Virus record (IMG/VR): IMGVR_UViG_3300027971_000062
Location: 1 to 55,007 of that record
Source: a virus
Lineage: Duplodnaviria; Caudoviricetes
Strand: one strand, 5' to 3'
DNA length: 55,007 nucleotides
In this document: one piece after another, positions 1-6,762 of the stretch
How positions within the stretch are numbered: position 1 is the stretch's first letter
Layout: the number at the start of each line of letters is the position of its first letter
Made by a program: the position numbers and the translations under genes
The notes under the pieces: generated by a model
Database searches by the model: none
What the model was told of the DNA's origin: nothing
Seen by the model: the letters and a program-made list of their open reading frames with translations, nothing else

Positions 1-2
1 AC

Positions 3-146
3 CTCACCGAGCGGCTGTCGCGACTCGAGGGCAAGGTTGAGGTCTTGTCGTCAGACTGGCCCCAGGAGCAGGCGATCACTCGCGAGCGTGAGCGCGAGCG
101 CGCTCGTTCGCCCATGGCGGAAGAGCTCGTCACTCGACGCCGATAG
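3..146 (+). CDS. 3' end of a hypothetical protein (partial at window edge)
   Basis: Open frame from base 3 (LTERLSRLEGKVEVL...VTRRR) to TAG at 144-146. Confidence 0.5.
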   Translation, partial: LTERLSRLEGKVEVLSSDWPQEQAITRERERERARSPMAEELVTRRR

Positions 147-160
147 GCAGCGGTGAGGGC

Positions 161-188
161 TTGACAGGAGTTGCCCTCAGGGCATCGT
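161..188 (+). promoter_or_regulatory. Possible sigma70-type promoter for the structural operon
   Basis: TTGACA at 161-166; weak -10 CATCGT 16 nt downstream; intergenic, upstream of ORF 250. Confidence 0.35.
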
Positions 189-249
189 CAATCGCGCATC
201 GTCACGTCGCGTCTTCTGTCGCGCGTAGCGGGACCAAAGGATCACAGCC

Positions 250-1461
250 ATGTCGATCATGTTTGTAAACCCAGCCGGCCACCGTAAGCGCGCCTCCAAG
301 AAGAAGCGCAAGCTCACGCACATTCTGAGGAGAAACCCCATGGCCGGCAAGAGCAAGAAGAAGGGCAAGAAGTCGCCCGCGAAGAAGCCCGCGAAGAAGA
401 AGACCGCTGCGCGCAAGTCGCCCGCGAAGAAGCCAAAGAAGCGTCGTCCCTCGACGAAGAAGCAGCTCGCTGCGGCGCGCAAGCTCCTCGGCAAGCACGG
501 CTTCCGCGCCAAGCTGCGGACCAAGGTCGTCGCGGCTCGCGGCGCGAAGAAGGAGAAGGCGAAGGCTGCTCGCGCGGCTGCGAAGGACAAGAAGAGGGCG
601 GCTGCGTACCGCAAGCGGTCGGCGGCGGCGGCGAAGGCGCGCAAGGCAGCGGCCAAGGCGGCACAGCGGGCGATGGACATGTCGGCCAAGCTGATTCGCG
701 CCAACCCGTCGCGTCGTCGGCGGAAGCACAGCCCCGCGCGTCATCACCGCAAGCACACGCGGCGCTCGACCCGTCGCTACCGTCGCAACCCGGCTGGCGG
801 CGACATCATCAAGATGCTCATGGGCGCGGTCAAGATGGCGGCTCCCGCGGTCGGCGCGATGCTCGTCGGCAAGGCGCTCTCGACCCAGGCGATCAAGAAC
901 ATCCCGATGCTGTCGAAGGTCATGGGCTACGAGAAGCCCATCCTCGACGTTGCCATGCTGGTGGCGGTTCACTTCGGCGCCCCCAAGGTTCCGATGCTCC
1001 GCAAGTATCAGACCTCGATCATGGTCGGCCTCGGCGTGAACCTCATCGTGGACACCCTGTCGGCGGCGCTGCCGGCTGACATCAAGGGCAAGATCGGCCT
1101 GTCGGGCGACGGTATCTACGACCGCGCCCTGTCGGACTACGTCACGACCAGCGACTACCTCACGACCGGCGCCACGCCGATCGACGACGACATCGCGCTC
1201 GCGGACTACGTCACCACGGGCGACATCGAGGAGGAGCTCGGTATCTCCGAGGAGCTCGGTATCTCCGAGGAGCTCGGCGCGATCGACGCGCACACCGTCC
1301 GCGGTGGCGTCTCGCAGGCGGCGATGCTCAAGGCGATCCCGTCGCAGAGCTTCTCCGAGGAGATCCCCGCGCGCTCGTTCTCCAAGGAGATCAGCCACGC
1401 GGGCCAGGGGTTCGATAACCCGGGCGCCCTCTACGCTGGCATCTTCCGCGGCGGCTTCTAG
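250..1461 (+). CDS. Putative virion core/scaffold precursor: K/R/A-rich histone-H1-like N-terminus, hydrophobic middle, acidic repeat C-terminus
   Basis: KKSPAKKPAKKK and RKSPAKKPKKRR; RRNP, RANP, RRNP motifs; hydrophobic helices; DYVTT and EELG repeats; directly upstream of candidate capsid genes. Alternative start ATG 340 after GAGGAG. Confidence 0.75.
   Translation: MSIMFVNPAGHRKRASKKKRKLTHILRRNPMAGKSKKKGKKSPAKKPAKKKTAARKSPAKKPKKRRPSTKKQLAAARKLLGKHGFRAKLRTKVVAARGAKKEKAKAARAAAKDKKRAAAYRKRSAAAAKARKAAAKAAQRAMDMSAKLIRANPSRRRRKHSPARHHRKHTRRSTRRYRRNPAGGDIIKMLMGAVKMAAPAVGAMLVGKALSTQAIKNIPMLSKVMGYEKPILDVAMLVAVHFGAPKVPMLRKYQTSIMVGLGVNLIVDTLSAALPADIKGKIGLSGDGIYDRALSDYVTTSDYLTTGATPIDDDIALADYVTTGDIEEELGISEELGISEELGAIDAHTVRGGVSQAAMLKAIPSQSFSEEIPARSFSKEISHAGQGFDNPGALYAGIFRGGF
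1231..1277 (+). repeat. 18-bp tandem repeat GAGGAGCTCGGTATCTCC (about 2.6 copies) encoding EELGIS
   Basis: Units at 1231-1248, 1249-1266 and a partial unit at 1267-1277. Confidence 0.9.
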
Positions 1462-1564
1462 CTCCCGCTCCCCTGGACGTTGACGTGACCTCGGCGGGAG
1501 ACACCCGCCTGTCGTTCGACATTCCGCCGACGACGAACAGACAACAGGTAGCAGAGAGAGAACC

Positions 1565-2149
1565 ATGCCCCGCATTGCAAATGTCCGCGAGCGTCGTCAC
1601 CAGCCCTTCTGGGATACGCTCATCCGCACCACTGGCAACCCGACCGTGCCGCTCCAGAACAGCACCAACCTGTTCGGCAACAGCAACGTCGGTAACCTGG
1701 CCCTGACGAACCTCCAGGTCGCTGGTCAGCTCGCGAGCGATCAGACCTACGTCATCCTCGCGCTGCGCGCGTCGCTGTACTTCAACGGCACCAACCGCCG
1801 TGCGAACTACCTGCGCGTCAACTCGCAGCTCTACTGGACGCTCATCGTTGGCGAGAAGCCGATGTTCCAGGCCCCGTGCTGGTACTTCCCGGCGGGCGGC
1901 GGCGTGTGGGGCTTCGACGCGACCCCGGCGACCGGCTCGATCTTCGCGAACGGTGAGCCCAGCCAGGAAGCGATCCTCAAGCTGGCTCGGCCGATCGTCG
2001 TGCCCGTTCGCCAGAACTTCGCCGTGCAGGCGTCGTTCTACCCGATGGGCTCGGTCTCGGCGCTCGATGGCCTCAACAGTGGCGCCACCGACGACGAGAA
2101 GGAGATCAAATTTGTTTTGGATGGGTTGCAAACCCGAGATGTGCAGTGA
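1565..2149 (+). CDS. Candidate major capsid protein 1 (single jelly-roll type)
   Basis: 194 aa, beta-rich, strongly biased codons, purine-rich RBS; QPFWDT...LF...TNLQVAGQL...YVILAL pattern I associate with jelly-roll capsid proteins of tailless prokaryotic viruses; fold unverified. Confidence 0.6.
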   Translation: MPRIANVRERRHQPFWDTLIRTTGNPTVPLQNSTNLFGNSNVGNLALTNLQVAGQLASDQTYVILALRASLYFNGTNRRANYLRVNSQLYWTLIVGEKPMFQAPCWYFPAGGGVWGFDATPATGSIFANGEPSQEAILKLARPIVVPVRQNFAVQASFYPMGSVSALDGLNSGATDDEKEIKFVLDGLQTRDVQ

Positions 2150-2308
2150 TTTCGCGTACTTACGCGATTTCTACTGAACATAGCTGATCTGATCAGCCCC
2201 CGTCCCGGCGGGTAATCCGGCCCCTTCCCCTGTTCTCGTGAACCTGTCCCGCGCATCCGCGCGAGATCTTCCGCCCCTCAAAGGCGACCCCGACTACGGA
2301 GACCTTCC

Positions 2309-2944
2309 ATGAACGCGATCGAGCAGAACCTCCAGAAGCTGTCCGCGGCCCTCCGCATCCTCGACAAGCGCAGCGGTCAGCTCCAGGCTGTCGTCCAGCA
2401 GCAGGCCGCGATGCTGGCCGAGCTTCAGACGCGCCCCCGCACCATCACCGAGGAGATCGACCAGATCCCCGGTCGTCGCATCGAGACCGTGCTGTCGGGC
2501 GAGGTCGTCTTTGACGCGACCGACGAAGGCAAGCGCGGCAACCCGATCTTGATCCAGGTGAGCCAGGACGGCCCGTTCGTCATGACGCACTATCCGATGT
2601 GCCTCTGGCGTCCGACGCTCCCGACCACGGCGACGAACTATCAGCGGTGGCGTCCGATCTCGACCTACCCGCTGCCGGATCAGGTCGTCGATACGGACAT
2701 CATCGATATCCTGTACGAGCTCCAGGACGGCGGCTCGCAGCGCAACTTCCAGAACGCTCCTCGAGGCCCGCTGCTCTCGCGGCCCGACAACGTCATCCCG
2801 TGCGCGGTGCCGACGCTGTGGTCGCCCAATGCGGCGATTGCGTTCTATCCGACGTACAACGCGCTGACGTGGGACAGCGACACTCCTCCGACCCAGGGCA
2901 CCCTGCACGTCGATCTGATCGGGTATCGGATCGTCAACCTGTAA
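2309..2944 (+). CDS. Candidate second single jelly-roll capsid protein with N-terminal coiled coil
   Basis: 211 aa; GGAG RBS; heptad N-terminus, then IQVSQDGPFV...LQDGGSQRNF...LHVDLIGYRI beta pattern; adjacent to ORF 1565. Confidence 0.55.
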   Translation: MNAIEQNLQKLSAALRILDKRSGQLQAVVQQQAAMLAELQTRPRTITEEIDQIPGRRIETVLSGEVVFDATDEGKRGNPILIQVSQDGPFVMTHYPMCLWRPTLPTTATNYQRWRPISTYPLPDQVVDTDIIDILYELQDGGSQRNFQNAPRGPLLSRPDNVIPCAVPTLWSPNAAIAFYPTYNALTWDSDTPPTQGTLHVDLIGYRIVNL

Positions 2945-2948
2945 GCCC

Positions 2949-3224
2949 GTGAGCTACACCCACACACCTTCATCACTGTCGGCCTGCTGTAGCGGGTGCG
3001 CCGAAGGCGCATCGACGTGCAACAGCAGCGCGCCGCGCGCGACGATGGGCGACGTGTCGCTGACAAACCCGCTGATCTTGCTTGTCGGCGGTTACCTCGC
3101 GCTGAAGCTGCTTGGTCATCGCGCACGCAAGAAGCGAGAGCGCGAGTACAGGGCGTCCCATGACCGCATCCACGGCTCCGGCGCGTTCGATGCCCTGGAA
3201 GCCAAGCGTAGAGCCAGACGATGA
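2949..3224 (+). CDS. Small membrane protein with CCSGCAxGASxC motif
   Basis: GTG start; Cys cluster, TMGD, one TM helix, basic tail. Confidence 0.75.
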   Translation: MSYTHTPSSLSACCSGCAEGASTCNSSAPRATMGDVSLTNPLILLVGGYLALKLLGHRARKKREREYRASHDRIHGSGAFDALEAKRRARR

Positions 3225-3394
3225 GCTACGCCCGCGCGCCTTCGTCGCTGTCGTCCTGCTGTAGCGGGTGCGCCGGGGGCGCGTCGTCGTGCGCGAGCTC
3301 GACGCGCGGCCTGGGCGGCGTCAGCGTGCCGCCACTTTTTCCGTTCATATTCGTCGCGGCGATCCTGTTCGTCGTCACGAGGAAGAAGAAGTGA
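3221..3394 (+). CDS. Small membrane protein, paralog of ORF 2949 (57 aa, not in ORF track)
   Basis: Hand translation MSYARAPSSLSSCCSGCAGGASSCASSTRGLGGVSVPPLFPFIFVAAILFVVTRKKK; ATGA overlap with the upstream stop. Confidence 0.8.
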   Translation: MSYARAPSSLSSCCSGCAGGASSCASSTRGLGGVSVPPLFPFIFVAAILFVVTRKKK

Positions 3395-3396
3395 CC

Positions 3397-3990
3397 ATGG
3401 CGAAACCAACGACGGCTCTGGTCAGCAGGTCCGACGTGCAGCGCGCGAAGGTCGAGCTCGACCGGATGCGTGGGTCGCTCGCGAAGTGGCTCAAGTACCG
3501 CACGCTCAACGACGCGGTCCTCGAGGGCAAGGCGCCGACGAAGAAGCCGGTCGCGTTCGCGCGGTCGGTCATCGAGCAGTCGCGCGACATGACCGCGGAG
3601 GGCAACCTCGCGAAGCAGCTCTACGTCCTGTTGGCCGAGACCATGCCTGGCGTTGCGCTGCCAGAGCCCGATGTGACGCGGAACCCCCAGGCTGCGGTGC
3701 AACTCGCCCGCATCGTCGTCGAGGGGCCACCCGCAACCTCACCGGGCGCGCAGGGCGCCTGGTACACGGCGTGGCCCGTGCTGATCGTGGGCGGCTTGCT
3801 CCTCGCGGTGACCACGGTTGTTCGCACGCTGGCCGATGCCGCGGAGCGACGCGAGTACTACGCCTGCGTGCAGAGCGGTGCGTGCGCGGACGAGGGCAAG
3901 TGGCTCAAGTGGGGCGGCATCGCGGCGCTCGCCTACGTTGCCTGGCAGCTCGGCCTGGGCGAGCGCGTCAAGAAGGCGCTGAAGGGCTGA
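3397..3990 (+). CDS. Membrane protein with two TM segments (putative virion membrane protein)
   Basis: ATG 2 nt after the upstream stop; TM segments WPVLIVGGLLLAV and WGGIAALAYVAW. Confidence 0.75.
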   Translation: MAKPTTALVSRSDVQRAKVELDRMRGSLAKWLKYRTLNDAVLEGKAPTKKPVAFARSVIEQSRDMTAEGNLAKQLYVLLAETMPGVALPEPDVTRNPQAAVQLARIVVEGPPATSPGAQGAWYTAWPVLIVGGLLLAVTTVVRTLADAAERREYYACVQSGACADEGKWLKWGGIAALAYVAWQLGLGERVKKALKG

Positions 3991-4069
3991 CCCCTTCAGA
4001 TCGCCCATCGAGTGATCGTCGGTGACTCGGAGAAGCTCCGACGTGACCTCGATGGGCGATCTGAGGGGG
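3991..4069 (+). promoter_or_regulatory. 22-bp stem-loop covering the Shine-Dalgarno sequence of ORF 4078
   Basis: Arms 3991-4012 and 4048-4069 are complementary with one G-U pair; inner hairpin TCGGAG-AAG-CTCCGA. Confidence 0.7.
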
Positions 4070-4077
4070 AGCAGATT

Positions 4078-4452
4078 ATGAGCTACGAAGATATGGGCGG
4101 CATCGACCTCGGCAACCTGCTCAAGTGCGGGGCAACCGTCGCCGGGGTAGCTGGTGGGGCAGTCGCTGACCCCTACCTACCTGAGGTCGCCTGTCGCCTG
4201 TCGCAGCTACAGGCGCTGACGACGGGCCGCACACCCGTGCAGATCTTGACCGGCAGGAAGACTACCGTCCCGGTGCCGGCGTGCAAGGAGACCCCGCTGG
4301 GCCAGAAGGGCATCGGCGTCGAGCAGGCAATCCGCCCTATGCGCGCCGCCGTCTACGTCGGGCGGAATCCGTCGGTCGTCTGGCTCGGAGCTGCCGCGAT
4401 TGTCGGCGTTCCGCTGCTGCTTGGGTATATGCTCGGCAAGAGGTCACGATAG
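4078..4452 (+). CDS. Small protein with C-terminal TM anchor
   Basis: GAGGGGG RBS; begins MSYEDMGG; C-terminal TM then KRSR. Confidence 0.75.
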   Translation: MSYEDMGGIDLGNLLKCGATVAGVAGGAVADPYLPEVACRLSQLQALTTGRTPVQILTGRKTTVPVPACKETPLGQKGIGVEQAIRPMRAAVYVGRNPSVVWLGAAAIVGVPLLLGYMLGKRSR

Positions 4453-4454
4453 AC

Positions 4455-5129
4455 ATGGCGTTCGTCAAGGACGATCACAGCTACACGCGCGGGGCGGGAG
4501 CCATCGCAGCCATGGACGCCGCGTCGCCTCGGCGCCGCATTGCCATGGCCCGCGCAGATCGAGCCCTGCGCGTGCGCGAGGCGCTGACGCAGGGTGCGAT
4601 TGATCGGGGCTACGAGGGGGACCGACCGGCGGGATCGAGCCGCCCCGTGCCACCGCGCCCACCTGGGCCAGGTCGTCGCCCCGTGATGCCGCGCCCGCCG
4701 TTCACGGGCGGCGTGCGCCCGACGGGTGTGCGCGCTGGCGTGAGCGGGCCTCGCGCGGAGCTCGTCAAGCTGCCTGGTACGGTCATCACGCCTGGAGCGC
4801 GCGAGGGCAAGCCCGTGCAGGGCGCGACCGGCACGCAGGCTCCATCGGAAGAGATCAAGGCCACTGAGCCACCGGCCCCGCCCAAGCCTCCTCCGCGCCA
4901 GGTGATCGTCTCTGGCGGCGGCGGCGGGTTCATGCCGGTGTCGCCCAAGCCCACGGCCCCGCCGCCGTGGATGCCTGAGATCTCGGACGAGCTCGATGTC
5001 GAGCTCGAGGAGGCGCCCGCCGAGCTCGCCCCCCAGGTCTCGCCTGCGCCTGCGCCTGCGCCCAAGTCCTCGAGCAAGCTGCCGCTGTACGCGGGCATCG
5101 CGCTGCTCGCTTACCTTCTGACCCGCTAG
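4455..5129 (+). CDS. Pro-rich protein with C-terminal TM anchor
   Basis: ATG 2 nt after the upstream stop; Pro-rich stalk; ends LPLYAGIALLAYLLTR. Confidence 0.75.
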   Translation: MAFVKDDHSYTRGAGAIAAMDAASPRRRIAMARADRALRVREALTQGAIDRGYEGDRPAGSSRPVPPRPPGPGRRPVMPRPPFTGGVRPTGVRAGVSGPRAELVKLPGTVITPGAREGKPVQGATGTQAPSEEIKATEPPAPPKPPPRQVIVSGGGGGFMPVSPKPTAPPPWMPEISDELDVELEEAPAELAPQVSPAPAPAPKSSSKLPLYAGIALLAYLLTR

Positions 5130-5139
5130 GAAATTCGCC

Positions 5140-5451
5140 ATGGCTTACACGAAGACCTCCCTCATCTCGAGCCCGATCGAGAGCCCGTTTGGGATCTCCG
5201 AGACCCTCGGCTTCAACTACGACCTAGCCGCTGGAGTCGGCGCCTCCGTCCTGAACCTCTTCGGTCAGAAGGAGGAGACGAAGCAGGAGCGAGCGAAGCG
5301 TGATGCCGCGGCGGCGCAGGCGGCGGCGGCGGCTGCGGCGAAGGGCGGCGGCGGCGGCGACAGCAGCAGCGGTAAGATTCCCACGACCTACCTCGTGGCC
5401 GGCGGGCTCGCGGTTGCCGGTCTGCTGGTATTCGCGATGCGTCGGAAGTAA
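5140..5451 (+). CDS. Small protein with C-terminal TM anchor
   Basis: AGGA RBS; Ala/Gly linker; ends YLVAGGLAVAGLLVFAMRRK. Confidence 0.8.
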   Translation: MAYTKTSLISSPIESPFGISETLGFNYDLAAGVGASVLNLFGQKEETKQERAKRDAAAAQAAAAAAAKGGGGGDSSSGKIPTTYLVAGGLAVAGLLVFAMRRK

Positions 5452-5461
5452 CCTCCGAGGG

Positions 5462-5863
5462 ATGCTAGCGGAGCCGAACGAGGAGCACGTCGCGGGCGAC
5501 GACCCGTCCCTGTCGAGCAAGGTCGGGATCTTCGATCTGGCGCGCAACGGTCATCGGGTGCGCGTCCGGTACAAGGACCAGCACGTCTACTGCGAGGTCT
5601 ATCGCGCTGCCGACGGCTCGCAGGAGGTCCACTGGATGTGCCCGCGCTGCCACGGCGGCGCGCGAGGCTACATGAGCCGCATTCCCAGCTCGCGCAAGCA
5701 GATCGACTTCGACCCCGCGCGCCTGACCGAGGTCGGCGGCGAGCTCAACGTCGAGGCGTTCATCTGCCCTTGGGAGTTGGGCGAGGACCGGCGCCAGGAC
5801 TTCGGCATCGGCCTCTGCAAGCTCGCGCTCGCCATCGATCGCAGCGTCGCCAAGGAAGTCTGA
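5462..5863 (+). CDS. Hypothetical zinc-ribbon-like protein
   Basis: CPRC plus later Cys residues; TAACCT 7 nt upstream of ATG. Confidence 0.65.
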   Translation: MLAEPNEEHVAGDDPSLSSKVGIFDLARNGHRVRVRYKDQHVYCEVYRAADGSQEVHWMCPRCHGGARGYMSRIPSSRKQIDFDPARLTEVGGELNVEAFICPWELGEDRRQDFGIGLCKLALAIDRSVAKEV

Positions 5864-5868
5864 CGGTC

Positions 5869-6762
5869 ATGTCGGTTGGCCTCCAGCGATGGGAAGCCGA
5901 TCTGGTCCGCTTTCGGCGGCGTATCGGCTTTGACTTTCGCGAGCCGGACGGATTCTCGCGCTATCTGATCGCCGCCTACAGCGATCATGCGAACGAGGAC
6001 GATCGACGACTGTTTGACAGCCTTCAGGTTCGGCGTGACTACGGGCTCTCCACCGTGGAGTACAGAAAGGCGTTCCAGACGTGGTTTGCTGCGATGGCTC
6101 CTCGCGGAATGATCTGCGCTCGAGGGTTGCATTCGTTGGCCTTCTCCCCAGGCGAAGACATCGCCGGCTCCGTGTTGTTCGGCAGGGAGGGAACGTACAG
6201 CAGCTACAGCATGAACCTATCCTTCGCCGTAGTCAGGTTCGCGACCGCATGGGTTACCGAGTTCTACCCGACGGTGACGAGGAGCTGGGCGAACGTCGCA
6301 TCGACGATCGATCGCAGGGCGTCAGATACGGTTGGAATGCAGATACGAACGACGCGGGATGAAGAGTTCGATGATCCATCGTGGTCCTCCCTGCCGAAGA
6401 AGACCCGGGACGCAATCATCGTGTCCCAGTGCCCCGTCGTGCTGGTTTCCCATCTTGACATGGAAGACCTTGTTGGACCTGGAGGCGACAGCGAGAGCGG
6501 CGACGTTATGGAAGCCGAGGTTCTTGCCAAGCAGTGCGAACCACGCTGTCTCAGGCGCGTCTTCGTTGCCTCTGCCTTGAACCGACTGGGCAAGCCTGTC
6601 TCGCGTGATGATGTCGAGAGGTTCGGACTTGCCTATCATCGATCGGTCAAAGGTGAGGCGGATGCGCGCCCGGTCGATGTGCTTCTTCATCCTTCCGTGC
6701 GGGCCGGATCTCGTCGGAGAAACCTACCGTCGCAGTGGTCCTGGTATGATGTGACACCATGA
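5869..6762 (+). CDS. Hypothetical protein, possible R-S-E ADP-ribosyltransferase fold
   Basis: ARG, YSSYSMNLSFAVVRFA and EAEVL in ART order; visibly lower GC than neighbours. Confidence 0.4.
   Translation: MSVGLQRWEADLVRFRRRIGFDFREPDGFSRYLIAAYSDHANEDDRRLFDSLQVRRDYGLSTVEYRKAFQTWFAAMAPRGMICARGLHSLAFSPGEDIAGSVLFGREGTYSSYSMNLSFAVVRFATAWVTEFYPTVTRSWANVASTIDRRASDTVGMQIRTTRDEEFDDPSWSSLPKKTRDAIIVSQCPVVLVSHLDMEDLVGPGGDSESGDVMEAEVLAKQCEPRCLRRVFVASALNRLGKPVSRDDVERFGLAYHRSVKGEADARPVDVLLHPSVRAGSRRRNLPSQWSWYDVTP

Noticed and set aside
177-1575. Long minus-strand ORFs opposite ORF 250 (and similar ones at 9827-11140, 21626-23302, 31101-32135, 35589-36743, 42875-43885)
   Set aside because: Antisense shadows expected from high-GC codon bias; no motifs or RBS, and they lie opposite better-supported genes
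3268-3396. ORF-track upstream extensions (for example 3268, 4012, 4281, 5300, 5638, 19504, 34854, 37257)
   Set aside because: They overlap neighbouring genes or the hairpin; downstream starts with an RBS, leaderless signal or stop-start coupling were preferred
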